This document shows positions 24,900 to 36,522 of a DNA stretch of 64,000 bases, one piece after another. A program made the translations under genes and the position numbers. Source of the stretch: Acidimicrobiaceae bacterium (GTDB lineage Bacteria > Actinomycetota > Acidimicrobiia > Acidimicrobiales > Aldehydirespiratoraceae); assembly GCA_016845585.1 (NCBI GenBank), contig JAERSO010000076.1, positions 8,565 to 72,564 on the forward strand, given 5' to 3'. Numbering within the stretch: position 1 is the first letter of the stretch; each line of letters starts with the position of its first letter. A model generated the notes under the pieces. The model was not told the DNA's origin. It did not search any database and saw only the letters and a program-made list of their open reading frames with translations.

Positions 24900-25298
24900 C
24901 TACCAGTCCCAGCCGAAGATGTTGTCGTAACACCCGGCGTCGAAGTGCTCGCCGTAGCCGGGGCCGTCACCGGACTTGTTGTTGCCGGCCTTCACCCAGA
25001 CGTCGGTCGCGTCGATCGCGGAGAACACGTACTCATTGACGCCGTCACCGAATTCGATTTTCGTGTCGACACCGTCGACACGAATGACGATGTTCGAGAT
25101 GTCCTTGTCGGACACCACCGTCACCAACTCGCAGGCACCGTCCAGGGTCACTTCAATCTGTGCGCTCTTTCCCTTGGCGTGGGCCGGAGGCTTTGCCGAC
25201 ACCGCACCGGCCGTGAGGATCGCGGTGATCACGCCGAGGACGAGACCGACAGCGGCGATCGTGGCGGGCAGGGTTGAGAGGCTCTTCGAGTTCGTCAC
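24900..25298 (-). CDS. small secreted hypothetical protein
   Basis: 132 aa with a GTG start and signal peptide MTNSKSLSTLPATIAAVGLVLGVITAILTAGAVSA. Two Cys residues, and it ends ...NIFGWDW. It has more A/T-ending codons than its neighbours. Confidence 0.6.
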   Translation of the reverse strand: MTNSKSLSTLPATIAAVGLVLGVITAILTAGAVSAKPPAHAKGKSAQIEVTLDGACELVTVVSDKDISNIVIRVDGVDTKIEFGDGVNEYVFSAIDATDVWVKAGNNKSGDGPGYGEHFDAGCYDNIFGWDW

Positions 25299-25380
25299 GA
25301 CGAGAGCTTCGACCGCCCGCTCCTGGCTATGAGAGAGAAATCGTCACTTGTGCGGATGGTCCTCCCGCCCCATCGATGGC

Positions 25381-25416
25381 GAGAAAGCACGATGGGGTCT
25401 GTCCCCAGCGTGCTTT

Positions 25417-25418
<2 letters not shown>
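25381..25418. repeat. palindromic intergenic repeat, family A (identical direct copy)
   Basis: Identical 38-mer to 24857-24894 in the same orientation. Its last 2 nt overlap the mutB stop codon. Confidence 0.65.
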
Positions 25419-27552
<2,134 letters not shown>

Positions 27553-27558
27553 GAGGCC

Positions 27559-28305
27559 TCAGATCACCAGGGTCGTGCCGCCGTCGACCTTCAAGATCGT
27601 GCCGGACATGTACGTGTTCGTCACGCAGGCCATCACCGCCTGCGCGCAGTCTTCCGGGGTGGCTGAGCGACGCGCCGGTACGATGGCGCCGAGCTGGGCA
27701 TGAGTCTCATCCCAGTCAGCGGTCCAGGGCGTGGCCACCAGACCAGGAGCGACGGCGTTCACGCGGACAGGCCTCTGGAACTTGGCCATGTCCTCGGTGA
27801 GACTGTTGAGCGCGGCCTTGGCCATCCCGTACGCCAACGACGACCCCACGGGCCGGAGCCCGGCGATCGATGTGACGTTGACGATGCATCCCTCCGCCTC
27901 TTTGAGATGGGGCATGGCGGCCTTGCTCATCCACCAGGTGCCGTAGACATTGACCTCGATTGTCTTGAAGAGGACGTCGTTCGTCATCAGGTCGAGGTCG
28001 GCGTGATCCAGTCTGACGGTCCAGCCGGCGTTGTTCACCAACACGTCGAGCCGACCGAAACGCTCGATGGCCCCCGCAACGAGCGCCTCGCAGTCATCCT
28101 CGTTGGAGATGTCCCCCTGGATGTAGTGAGACTCGGTGGACAGCGCGTCGGCAACGGCCTGACCGGCCTCGACCGAACTCGAGGAGTTCACGAGCACCCT
28201 GGCGCCGGCATCCGCGAGCGCATGGGCGCTCGCCTCGCCGATTCCGCTCGACGACCCCGTGACGAGGGCGACCTTGCCGGCCAGTGCTCCATCTTGTGAT
28301 CCCAT
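27559..28305 (-). CDS. SDR family oxidoreductase located between mutA and mutB
   Basis: 248 aa with TGSSSGIGEA, NNAGWT and YGMAKAA (YxxxK). It lies 6 nt upstream of the mutB start and 35 nt downstream of the mutA stop. Confidence 0.85.
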   Translation of the reverse strand: MGSQDGALAGKVALVTGSSSGIGEASAHALADAGARVLVNSSSSVEAGQAVADALSTESHYIQGDISNEDDCEALVAGAIERFGRLDVLVNNAGWTVRLDHADLDLMTNDVLFKTIEVNVYGTWWMSKAAMPHLKEAEGCIVNVTSIAGLRPVGSSLAYGMAKAALNSLTEDMAKFQRPVRVNAVAPGLVATPWTADWDETHAQLGAIVPARRSATPEDCAQAVMACVTNTYMSGTILKVDGGTTLVI

Positions 28306-28340
28306 GGTGTGTCCCCTTGTACGTCGTTGTCGTGGTTCGG

Positions 28341-30131
28341 TCAGATCCCGAGCGTGGTGTGGAGGCGCTCGAGCATGTCGAGAACATCGATCCCGACGTG
28401 CCAGAACTCGTCGACGCCCGCTGCAGTGAGTTCATCACGTAAGTCGCCGGGATGACCCGCAAGCGCGACGAGCGCCGCTCCGGCTTCCTTGAGTGCCGTG
28501 GCGGTGGCGGCGGCGCGCTCGGCGTAGACCGCATCGGACGAACAGATCACGGCGACAGCGTGGCCCGACTCGACGAACCGGGCTTCGGCTTCCAGCGGCG
28601 AGCGTGCCCCGTCGGTGTCTCCGCCGACGGCGGCGACACCACCCACCGAAACCAGGTTGGTGACCCATGTGGAGCGCGCCGTGTGGTCGGCCAACGCCCC
28701 CAACCCCGCAAGGAAGACCGACGGCCGGTCATCGGCGCGGTCGGCCGCGTCACGAAGGGATTCGAACGGGGCGGCCAGTCGCCGAACCGGCCAGCCCGTT
28801 CCTGAGTCTGCGTCTGTGCCGGCACCGAGCCCATCATCGAGGTCGGGGAACTCCGACACACCGGTGACGGGTTCGGCACGGGTGGCGAGTAGAGCGAGAC
28901 GCTCACTCCACGACTCGTCGATCGCGGCTCGAATCGATCCATCGGCCAGGCCGGTGGCCATGCCGCCCGCGGACTCGACCCGCTGGAACTCGGACCACCC
29001 CGCCGCAGCCAACCGATGCGTCAGAGACTCGACGAACCACGAGCCACCGGCGGGGTCGGCGAGACGGGCGATCTGGGACTCCTCGAGCAACAGGAGTTGG
29101 ACGTTGCGAGCGGCACGGCGGGCGAGATCGTCGACGTCGCCCACCGCCGAGGAGTGCGGGAGGACGGTGACGGCGTCGGCACCGCCGACCACCGCCGCGA
29201 GCGTGGCCGAAGTGCTGCGCAACATGTTGACCCACGGGTCGCGTCGGCTGATCATGGACCGGGGAGTGACGGCTTGGATCCCCACCAGCGAGTCGGACGC
29301 CTCGGCGCCCGATGCCTCGAGTACGCGTGCCCAGGCGAGCCGGAACGCACGCAACGATGCGATCGTGGCGAACTGGTCGGCTGATGCGCTCAGGCGAAAG
29401 CCGATCGTCGATGCGGCTTGGGTCACCGTGAGTCCGGCGGCCTCGAGTACCCGGAGATACTCGACGCCGGTGGCCAGTGCCCAGCCGAGTTCCTGAGCCG
29501 GCGTGGCCCCCGACTCGGCATAGCGGACACCGTCGACGGTGAGGATCCGGGAGTTGGGGAATCGCGGCGCCAGATCGGCGGCCAGAGCCGCCGACGCGGC
29601 GGAGTCGCCGAGGGTGCCGGCACGGACCGACGCGCCCAACGGATCGAGTCCGAGCCAGCTACACGTTGCCTCGCTGTCGCCTCGCTCGACGATGAGTCCG
29701 GCGAGCGAGCGGGCGAGGTCGAGGTCACCGTGGGGAGCCAGCGCGACGGCCGCCATGTCGAGGAGGACTCCCGCGAGCGCGCCGAGGAGATCATTGGCTT
29801 CGGCGCCCTCGGCCACGACCTCGACGGACGTCGCGCCCCGCTCGAGATCGGTGATGATGGCGCGGTTGGTGACCGCGGGATCGGTGAGGACATGCTGCTG
29901 GCGCACGTCCCAGCCATGCTCGATTCGTTCGGGGTCGGGCACCACCCCAACGCCCGATCCTGCGGCATCGTCGGACGTGTAGAGCGGCTGGATGTCGAGT
30001 CCATCAGCCGTCGTCGAGACCAGCACCTGGTCAAACGACTTGCCTCGGAGCACCTTCGCGACCGCGGCCTCCCATGCTGCTCGTTCGGCCGGTTCGAACT
30101 CCCCAGCCAGCCCCATCAGGTCATCAGCCAT
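28341..30131 (-). CDS. mutA: methylmalonyl-CoA mutase small subunit
   Basis: 596 aa. The N-terminus W..AV.KVLRGKSFD..L.STT.DGL.IQPLY is typical of MutA, and the C-terminal domain lacks the DxHxxG His. Confidence 0.9.
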   Translation of the reverse strand: MADDLMGLAGEFEPAERAAWEAAVAKVLRGKSFDQVLVSTTADGLDIQPLYTSDDAAGSGVGVVPDPERIEHGWDVRQQHVLTDPAVTNRAIITDLERGATSVEVVAEGAEANDLLGALAGVLLDMAAVALAPHGDLDLARSLAGLIVERGDSEATCSWLGLDPLGASVRAGTLGDSAASAALAADLAPRFPNSRILTVDGVRYAESGATPAQELGWALATGVEYLRVLEAAGLTVTQAASTIGFRLSASADQFATIASLRAFRLAWARVLEASGAEASDSLVGIQAVTPRSMISRRDPWVNMLRSTSATLAAVVGGADAVTVLPHSSAVGDVDDLARRAARNVQLLLLEESQIARLADPAGGSWFVESLTHRLAAAGWSEFQRVESAGGMATGLADGSIRAAIDESWSERLALLATRAEPVTGVSEFPDLDDGLGAGTDADSGTGWPVRRLAAPFESLRDAADRADDRPSVFLAGLGALADHTARSTWVTNLVSVGGVAAVGGDTDGARSPLEAEARFVESGHAVAVICSSDAVYAERAAATATALKEAGAALVALAGHPGDLRDELTAAGVDEFWHVGIDVLDMLERLHTTLGI

Positions 30132-30194
30132 GCAGAGACCCTAGAGCGATTCGATTTTTGACCCACATCCGGGCCAAGGCGCACACAACCGTTC

Positions 30195-30238
30195 GGCGAA
30201 AAAGTGACACTCCCGGAGGTGAGCGCCTCCGGGAGTGT
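30195..30238 (-). terminator. intrinsic terminator downstream of the acyl-CoA synthetase gene
   Basis: On the minus strand: GACACTCCCGGAGG-cgctca-CCTCCGGGAGTGTC, a perfect 14-bp stem at 30205-30238, followed by ACTTTTTCG. Confidence 0.6.
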
Positions 30239-30363
30239 CGAGCACAGAACGCACCTCGCTGGACAGGAAAGGGTCGGAGCGTTCTCCTGTCCCTTCGGCG
30301 TGCCAACTGATGGATTTGAGCGATCGAGGACGAAATACCCGTGGCCCCGTGAGGCCCGTCGGG

Positions 30364-31914
30364 TCAGATGTTGCGGTTGGTACCGGCCCAATACTCGTCG
30401 TGAAGAAGCCGCTTGTAGAGCTTCCCGGTCGGGTGACGGGGCAATTCGGGCCGGAAGTCCACCGTTCGGGGGCATTTCACGTCGGCGAGGTGTTCGCGGC
30501 AATAGGCGATCAGTTCGCGCGACATCTGGGCTGCCGCATCATCGTCGGTGGGCATGGCCACCGGCTGCACGATCGCCTTCACCTCTTCGCCGAAGTCCTC
30601 ATTCGGAACGCCGATCACGGCGACATCCGTGACGGCTTCGTGCATCGTGAGGATGTCCTCGGTCTCCTGCGGGTAGATGTTCACCCCGCCGGAGATGATC
30701 ATGTACGCCTTGCGGTCGGTGAGGTAGAGGAATCCATCCTCGTCGACCTTGCCGACGTCGCCGAGGGTCGACCACCCCTTGCCATGGCGGGAGTCGGCGG
30801 TCTTCTCATCATCGCCGTGGTACTCGAATTCCCCGCCACCCTCGAAGTAGATCGTGCCCTCTTCGCCCACACTGAGCTCGGTGCCGTCGTCGTCGCAGAT
30901 GTGGAGGATTCCCGTCACCGGGAACCCGACGGTGCCCGGATGGGCCAGCCACTGCTCGCTGTTGCAGTAGACGAATCCGTTGCCCTCGGTGCCGGCGTAG
31001 TACTCGTGCAGTACAGGACCCCACCACTCGATCATGCGGCGCTTCACGTCGACCGGACACGGCGCCGCCGCGTGAATGACGGCACCCAGCGACGAGACGT
31101 CGTGGCGCATTCGCGCATCCTCAGGCAGTTTCAGCATGCGGACGAACATCGTGGGGACGACCTGGGAGATCGTGACCCCGTGTTTGTCGATGAGCGCGAG
31201 GTACTCCTCCGCGTCGAAACGTTCCATCACGACGGTAGTGCCGCCAAGGCCGAGGACGCCCATGTTGAAGCGCAGCGGAGCCGAGTGGTACAGCGGCGCG
31301 GGCGACAGGTACACGCTGTCCTCGTTGACACCGAAGAGACCCTGCAGCAGGGCACCGACCTGGGGCGATCCCTCACCCAATGGGGTCTGCTCACGAATTT
31401 GCAGCACGCCTTTCGGGCGCCCGGTCGTGCCGGAGCTGTAGAGCATGTCGTAGCCGGCCACGCGGTCCGGAAGCGGGTCCGCGGACGCGTTGGCGATGGC
31501 GTCCTCGTAGGAGTCGTAGCCATCGATGGTCGAATCGATCATCAGACGGAGCGCCACGTCCGGCATCTGCGTCAGGAGTTCCTCGGCCTGATCCGACTTG
31601 TGCGGCGAGGTGATGAACGCCTGCGAGCCGCTGTTGTTCAGGATGTACGCCATCTCTTCGGTGGTGAGTCGGCTGCTGATCGCGGTGTAGATCAGACCCG
31701 CGTAGTGCGCGCCCCAGAGCATGGCGAGATAGTGCGGGTGGTTCTCCAGGCACATGGCGACATGGTCACCCGGCCGCAGTCCGGCATCGTGGAAGACACG
31801 GCTCAGACGGTTGGCTTCATCGTCGAGTTCGGCGAACGTCATGATCTCGCCGGTCCCCGCCATGATCACGGCGGGGTGGTCCGGCTTCGTCGCTACATAC
31901 GCACCTGGGTACAC
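30364..31914 (-). CDS. acyl-CoA synthetase (AMP-binding, FadD-like)
   Basis: 516 aa with YSSGTTGRPKGV, YYAGTEG, GWSTLGDVG, and a C-terminal PTGKLYKR. Confidence 0.85.
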   Translation of the reverse strand: MYPGAYVATKPDHPAVIMAGTGEIMTFAELDDEANRLSRVFHDAGLRPGDHVAMCLENHPHYLAMLWGAHYAGLIYTAISSRLTTEEMAYILNNSGSQAFITSPHKSDQAEELLTQMPDVALRLMIDSTIDGYDSYEDAIANASADPLPDRVAGYDMLYSSGTTGRPKGVLQIREQTPLGEGSPQVGALLQGLFGVNEDSVYLSPAPLYHSAPLRFNMGVLGLGGTTVVMERFDAEEYLALIDKHGVTISQVVPTMFVRMLKLPEDARMRHDVSSLGAVIHAAAPCPVDVKRRMIEWWGPVLHEYYAGTEGNGFVYCNSEQWLAHPGTVGFPVTGILHICDDDGTELSVGEEGTIYFEGGGEFEYHGDDEKTADSRHGKGWSTLGDVGKVDEDGFLYLTDRKAYMIISGGVNIYPQETEDILTMHEAVTDVAVIGVPNEDFGEEVKAIVQPVAMPTDDDAAAQMSRELIAYCREHLADVKCPRTVDFRPELPRHPTGKLYKRLLHDEYWAGTNRNI

Positions 31915-31986
31915 GAGGTCTCCTCTGGAAAGTGCTCTGAATCTAGCCTCGGCTTCTTCGACGGTGAAGTTGGCGACGCGTAGCCT

Positions 31987-32901
31987 GTGACCATGAGGCT
32001 CGGGGTATCGCTCACGTCACGTATCGACATCGGGAACCCCGCGAGGGCGGCCCGTTGGGTGATCGAACGAGCGCGCGCCGCAAACGACTCGGTGCTCGAC
32101 TCACTCTCGCTCGGCGACCAGCATGCGGCCGGCTCGCCCTACTTCCAGAACACCCCCATGCTGGGGCGGCTGATGGCCGAGTGGGACATGAGCCGACCCA
32201 TCGGCTGCCTCTTCCTCCTCCCGTTGTGGCCCCCTGTGCTGGTTGCCGAACAGGTGGGGACACTCGCCTCCATCGCCGGCCGCCGGTTCATCGTCCAGAC
32301 CGGCATCGGCCGCGGCAAACGACAGTTCGCGGCGATGGGATCGGACCTGACCACCCGCGGAGACGACCTCGAAGAAGCGATCCGCGTCATCAAAGCGCTC
32401 CTTGGTGGCGAGACCGTGTCCAGTGAACGGTTCGGAATCATGGATGCCGTGGTGTCGCCCGCACCTCCGCACGGCGTCGAATGGTGGCTGGGATCGGGTG
32501 CACCCACAACCCTCGACCGCGCCGCCCGCGAAGGCGATGCGTGGTACGTCGGGCCCGGGCACTCCCCGGAGTCGCTCGTCCCCCGGCTGGAGATTTACCG
32601 CGAGGCCTGCCGGCGGCATGGGCGCGCCCCCCAGATCGCCATGCGCCAGGACGTCATCATCCTCCGCGATGGCGACCGGGCGCGTTCACGCGGCGACGAG
32701 CTCGTGGCCGCCGGCTACCGCGGGATGAGCCGGGACACCGTCGTGTGTGGCGGTGTCGACGAGGTCGCCGAGCGTCTCAGCGCCTACGCGGAGGTCGGTG
32801 TCGACGAGATCGTGATCCGATGCATGAACGTCGACCAGCGCGAGGCACTGGAGACCCTCGAGTGTGCGGGCGACGTGCGCGAAGCACTCCGATCGGCATA
32901 G
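31987..32901 (+). CDS. LLM-class (luciferase-like) flavin/F420-dependent oxidoreductase
   Basis: 304 aa with an overall luciferase-like TIM-barrel pattern (DSLSLGDQH..., GGETVSSERFGI, AYAEVGVDEIVI). GTG 31987 or ATG 31993. Confidence 0.7.
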   Translation: MTMRLGVSLTSRIDIGNPARAARWVIERARAANDSVLDSLSLGDQHAAGSPYFQNTPMLGRLMAEWDMSRPIGCLFLLPLWPPVLVAEQVGTLASIAGRRFIVQTGIGRGKRQFAAMGSDLTTRGDDLEEAIRVIKALLGGETVSSERFGIMDAVVSPAPPHGVEWWLGSGAPTTLDRAAREGDAWYVGPGHSPESLVPRLEIYREACRRHGRAPQIAMRQDVIILRDGDRARSRGDELVAAGYRGMSRDTVVCGGVDEVAERLSAYAEVGVDEIVIRCMNVDQREALETLECAGDVREALRSA

Positions 32902-32904
32902 GCG

Positions 32905-33450
32905 TCAGAGTTCGAGCCGGCGATACACGTTGATCCCCGACCCACCCAGCCCGAGCAGCTCACAGGGTGCTCGGTCGAACTCGACGTAGCCGGCCTTCTC
33001 AGCCACTCGTCCACTCGCGGTGTTGGCCGCGTCATGCATGATGGTCACCGCGTCGATGTCGTCGAGGTCGCGGCAGGTGGCCGTCAGGAGCCTGGCCACC
33101 TCCGTGGCCAAGCCTTCGCCGGCCCGGTCGGAGCGGATCCAGTAGCCGATCTCGATCGCACCGGGCCCGACCCGACGCATCAGACCGCAGCCACCGATCA
33201 CGTCACCGATCACGGGATCCCTCACCGTGTAGTTGTAGGTCGTTCCGTCGTCCCAACCGGCCAGGCTCTCCGCGACGAATTCGGCGAAGTCCTCCGGCTG
33301 CGTCGGATGGCTGACCGCCCACTCCATGAACTGCTCGAGCTCCGGCAGGCTGACGCTCACGGCAGCCGCGATGTCAGCGCGACAGCTCTCGGACACGGCC
33401 GACAGCCGAATCCGTTCTCCCGCCAGCTCGGCCGGTGGGTGTGCGCTCAC
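32905..33450 (-). CDS. GNAT family N-acetyltransferase (RimJ/RimL-like)
   Basis: 181 aa with IEIGYWIRSDRAGEGLATE and ANTASGRVAEKAGYVEF. The GTGA start/stop overlap couples it to the upstream molybdoenzyme gene. Confidence 0.75.
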   Translation of the reverse strand: MSAHPPAELAGERIRLSAVSESCRADIAAAVSVSLPELEQFMEWAVSHPTQPEDFAEFVAESLAGWDDGTTYNYTVRDPVIGDVIGGCGLMRRVGPGAIEIGYWIRSDRAGEGLATEVARLLTATCRDLDDIDAVTIMHDAANTASGRVAEKAGYVEFDRAPCELLGLGGSGINVYRRLEL

Positions 33451-35705
33451 GCGGGCACGATCTCGACCGGTATCGCGTTCAGCGCGGCTGTGCCGGAGAG
33501 CGGGTCGATGAGATTCGGGTCAGTGAGGATGTTGCTGTTCACCCCGGCATGGCGGCGAGCGACGCCCATTTTCGCCCCGGCCAGGTCGTGACCCCAGCCG
33601 TGCGGAAGACTCACCACACCCGCCATCACCGACTCGGTGACCTCCACCGGTGCGACGACCTGGCCGACCCGGGAACGGACGACGGCGTCGACGCCATCGG
33701 TGATGCCCAGTTCGGCCGCATCGGACGGGTTGACCTGCAGGGTGCAGCGAGCCTTGCCCTTCACGAGCACTTCCAGATTGTGCATCCATGAGTTGTTCGA
33801 CCGGAGGTGACGGCGGCCGACCAGGCGCAACCTGCCGTCCATCGCCCACTCCGTGGCGCGCGCGTCGAGCCGGGCGAGCTCCTCGATGAACGGTCCGGCG
33901 AAGAGGTCGATTCGATCCTCGACCGTGTTGAGGATGGCCGGGACTCGGGGCACGAGTGCTCCGAGATCGATGCCGTGGGGGTTCTCGCGCAGCTTCTCCA
34001 CCGAGAGGCCGTCGGGGTTGGCCCCGAACTGATCGCCGTAGGGCCCGGTGCGCAGCATGGCATCGACGACGCGGACCGATCCCGAGCCGTCGGCGAGTTG
34101 GTCGATCAGATCCTCGACGCGGCGATCAGCCGTGGGCGAGCCATCCACGGCGACCTCGGCGCCGAGCAACTCGCGCAACATCTGGTCATGCACGAGCGCC
34201 GGATCGGCATCGGCGCCCATCCCCAGCGCGATGATCGTGAGCTTGGCGTAGATGTCCTCCTCGGTCATCGCGTCCGAGGCGAACACCGGATCGGAGTAGT
34301 TCGAGATGTTGCGAATCGACAGGCCGTAGAAGGAGATGTCGTAGTGGCTCTTCTCGAGGGCGCTCGGTGGCGGCAGGATGACGTCGGCGTGACGGGTGGT
34401 CTCGTTGAGATAGATGTCGACAGACACCATCGCGTCGAGCGATGCGAACGCTTCATCCATGCGATCGCCATCAGGACAGCTCAGGACCGGGTTACCGGCA
34501 CAGGTGAACATCATCCTGAGTCGGCCCTCGCCGGGCTCGAGCATCTCGTCGGGCATGTCTGCGGCCGGGAGCTCACCCTGCACCTCAGGACGGCCCCTGA
34601 CGCGGCTGGCCCAACGGCCGACTCGGTACTGACGGCCGGGACGGGGTGGACGCACCCGCTCAGTCGCGGCCCGCGGGAACATCATCCCGCCGGGTTCGTC
34701 GAGGTTGCCGGTGAGAATGGCGACCACGTCGAGGAGCCATGTCGTCAGCGTGCCGAACTCGACGGTGGTGGTGCCGATACGTCCGTAGACGGCGGCCGAA
34801 TCCGCCGCTGCGATCTCGTCCGCGAGCGCACGGATCTGGTCGGCTTCGATTCCGGTGACCTCAGCCGCCCACTCCGGCGAGAAGTGCTCGACGGCGTCGG
34901 CCAAGGTCTCGCTGCCATCGACCTGAGCAGCCACCCGTCCCATGGAGACCTGGTCGGTGCCGATCAGGTGGTGAACCACGGCGGCGAGGAGCGCCGCGTC
35001 GGTGCCGGGCCGGATCGGGAGATACAGGTCGGCCGCGTCGGCCGTTCGAGTCCGCCTCGGGTCGATCACGATCACCCGGCCGCCACGCTCGCGGACGGCA
35101 TCGATGCGATCCGGGAACCCGGGAGCTGTGCAGATGCTGCCGTTCGAAGCGAACGGATTCGCCCCGAGCAGGACGAAGAGATCGGTGCGATCCATGTCGG
35201 GCACCGGCATCGACGCGCCCGAGCCGTAGAGGTAGCCGGACGCCACATGACGCGGCATCTGATCCACGGTGCTCGCCGAGAACCGACTTCGAGAACCGAG
35301 CGCCTTCAGGAATCCGCGGGTGTGGGTTGATGCGCCGAGAATGTGAACGTTCGGATTGCCGAGAAACACACCGACCGACTCGACCCCGTGCTGCTCGCGA
35401 ACGGCAGCGAGCTTCTCGTCGACGACCCGGAACGCTTCGTCCCAGTCCACCTCCTCGAAGACCGGGGCACCGTCATCGTCGAACCCACGCCGGACCAGGG
35501 GCTTCCGCAGTCGGTCCGGGTCCTCGTGCAGTTGCTTGAGTGTCGATCCCTTCGGGCAGATGAAGCCCGACGAGAACACATCGTCCCGATCGCCTCGGAT
35601 GCGCTTGACGGCGCCATCACGGATCTCGATCTGCAGCCCACACGTGGCCTCACACAGTGGGCACGTACGGAAAACGGTTCGATCGGTGGTGCTCGGCTCG
35701 GTCAT
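33447..35705 (-). CDS. molybdopterin-dependent oxidoreductase (formate-dehydrogenase-like, MopB superfamily)
   Basis: N-terminal 4Fe-4S motif CPLCEATCGL...FICPKG, a long MopB body, and a C-terminal molybdopterin dinucleotide-binding barrel (...VVSLPHGWGH). ATG 35705 is preferred over the track's 35753. Confidence 0.85.
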   Translation of the reverse strand: MTEPSTTDRTVFRTCPLCEATCGLQIEIRDGAVKRIRGDRDDVFSSGFICPKGSTLKQLHEDPDRLRKPLVRRGFDDDGAPVFEEVDWDEAFRVVDEKLAAVREQHGVESVGVFLGNPNVHILGASTHTRGFLKALGSRSRFSASTVDQMPRHVASGYLYGSGASMPVPDMDRTDLFVLLGANPFASNGSICTAPGFPDRIDAVRERGGRVIVIDPRRTRTADAADLYLPIRPGTDAALLAAVVHHLIGTDQVSMGRVAAQVDGSETLADAVEHFSPEWAAEVTGIEADQIRALADEIAAADSAAVYGRIGTTTVEFGTLTTWLLDVVAILTGNLDEPGGMMFPRAATERVRPPRPGRQYRVGRWASRVRGRPEVQGELPAADMPDEMLEPGEGRLRMMFTCAGNPVLSCPDGDRMDEAFASLDAMVSVDIYLNETTRHADVILPPPSALEKSHYDISFYGLSIRNISNYSDPVFASDAMTEEDIYAKLTIIALGMGADADPALVHDQMLRELLGAEVAVDGSPTADRRVEDLIDQLADGSGSVRVVDAMLRTGPYGDQFGANPDGLSVEKLRENPHGIDLGALVPRVPAILNTVEDRIDLFAGPFIEELARLDARATEWAMDGRLRLVGRRHLRSNNSWMHNLEVLVKGKARCTLQVNPSDAAELGITDGVDAVVRSRVGQVVAPVEVTESVMAGVVSLPHGWGHDLAGAKMGVARRHAGVNSNILTDPNLIDPLSGTAALNAIPVEIVPA

Positions 35706-35715
35706 CCCCCCCATC

Positions 35716-36021
35716 GTGTCAGGTCCTCGGGTTCGATACGAACGCACCTTCACCGGTCGACCGGTCAGCCGATGGAGATTCCTGACAAACGCAGCGCGGT
35801 CGATTCTGGGTCTGATTCTCGGTGCCGCCTGGCTCCTCGTCTCCTACACGGCGTTCATGTTCTCGGCCGTCTACTGGGCGTGCCCAGACGCACTCACGTT
35901 CGGAGTCAACACCGGAGGCCGCTGCAGCAACCTCAGAGTCCTCGTCATGATCGCCGACGGGCTGCCCGTGTTCCTCGCAGGATCGATTCGAATCGTCCGA
36001 TTCAGCCGATCGACCGACTGA
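35716..36021 (+). CDS. possible small two-helix membrane protein
   Basis: A GTG-initiated 101-codon frame inside track ORF 35356..36021. Hydrophobic segments SILGLILGAAWLLVSYTAFMFSAVYW and VLVMIADGLPVFLAG. No strong RBS. Confidence 0.3.
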   Translation: MSGPRVRYERTFTGRPVSRWRFLTNAARSILGLILGAAWLLVSYTAFMFSAVYWACPDALTFGVNTGGRCSNLRVLVMIADGLPVFLAGSIRIVRFSRSTD

Positions 36022-36030
36022 AGCCGACGC

Positions 36031-36486
36031 TCAGACGCCCCACTTGCCGACCATGGCGGCCACGGTGAGGACCATGAGAATGATGTCGAGCGTCCCTCCC
36101 ATGGCGATCTTCTTCTCCAGCTGCGCGGCCGAACTCGTGTCGCCGGCATCGTAGGCAGCGGCCGCCTTGCGAGCAGTGGGCGCGAAGAACGCCATTCCCA
36201 TGGAGGCACCCACGATGATCATGACGAAACCGATCGAGATGAACGTGTCGGAGAACGAGTAGGGGGTGTCGTTCACAACTGTCAGCAACAAGATGCCGGT
36301 GACGAGACTCACCATGCTGGCGGGCATGTACACGACCCGGGCCAGCTGGGCCACCGTGTTGTGCCAGAACGATGCAACGGCTGCATCCCGCTTGTGGATC
36401 CCGGGGTTGATCGCCACCTGCACCATGTTCGTGCCGAACCAGGTCGCCGCAGCGAGGATGTGGATAATCAGGAGAGTGTCACGCAT
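36031..36486 (-). CDS. DUF2269-like integral membrane protein
   Basis: 151 aa from ATG 36486 (MRDTLLIIHILAAATWFG...) with four hydrophobic helices. The track's N-terminal extension overlaps the thiolase promoter/start region. Confidence 0.55.
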   Translation of the reverse strand: MRDTLLIIHILAAATWFGTNMVQVAINPGIHKRDAAVASFWHNTVAQLARVVYMPASMVSLVTGILLLTVVNDTPYSFSDTFISIGFVMIIVGASMGMAFFAPTARKAAAAYDAGDTSSAAQLEKKIAMGGTLDIILMVLTVAAMVGKWGV

Positions 36487-36522
36487 GAGGTGGACCGTGG
36501 TCGCGTCACCTATCGTCGGTGC

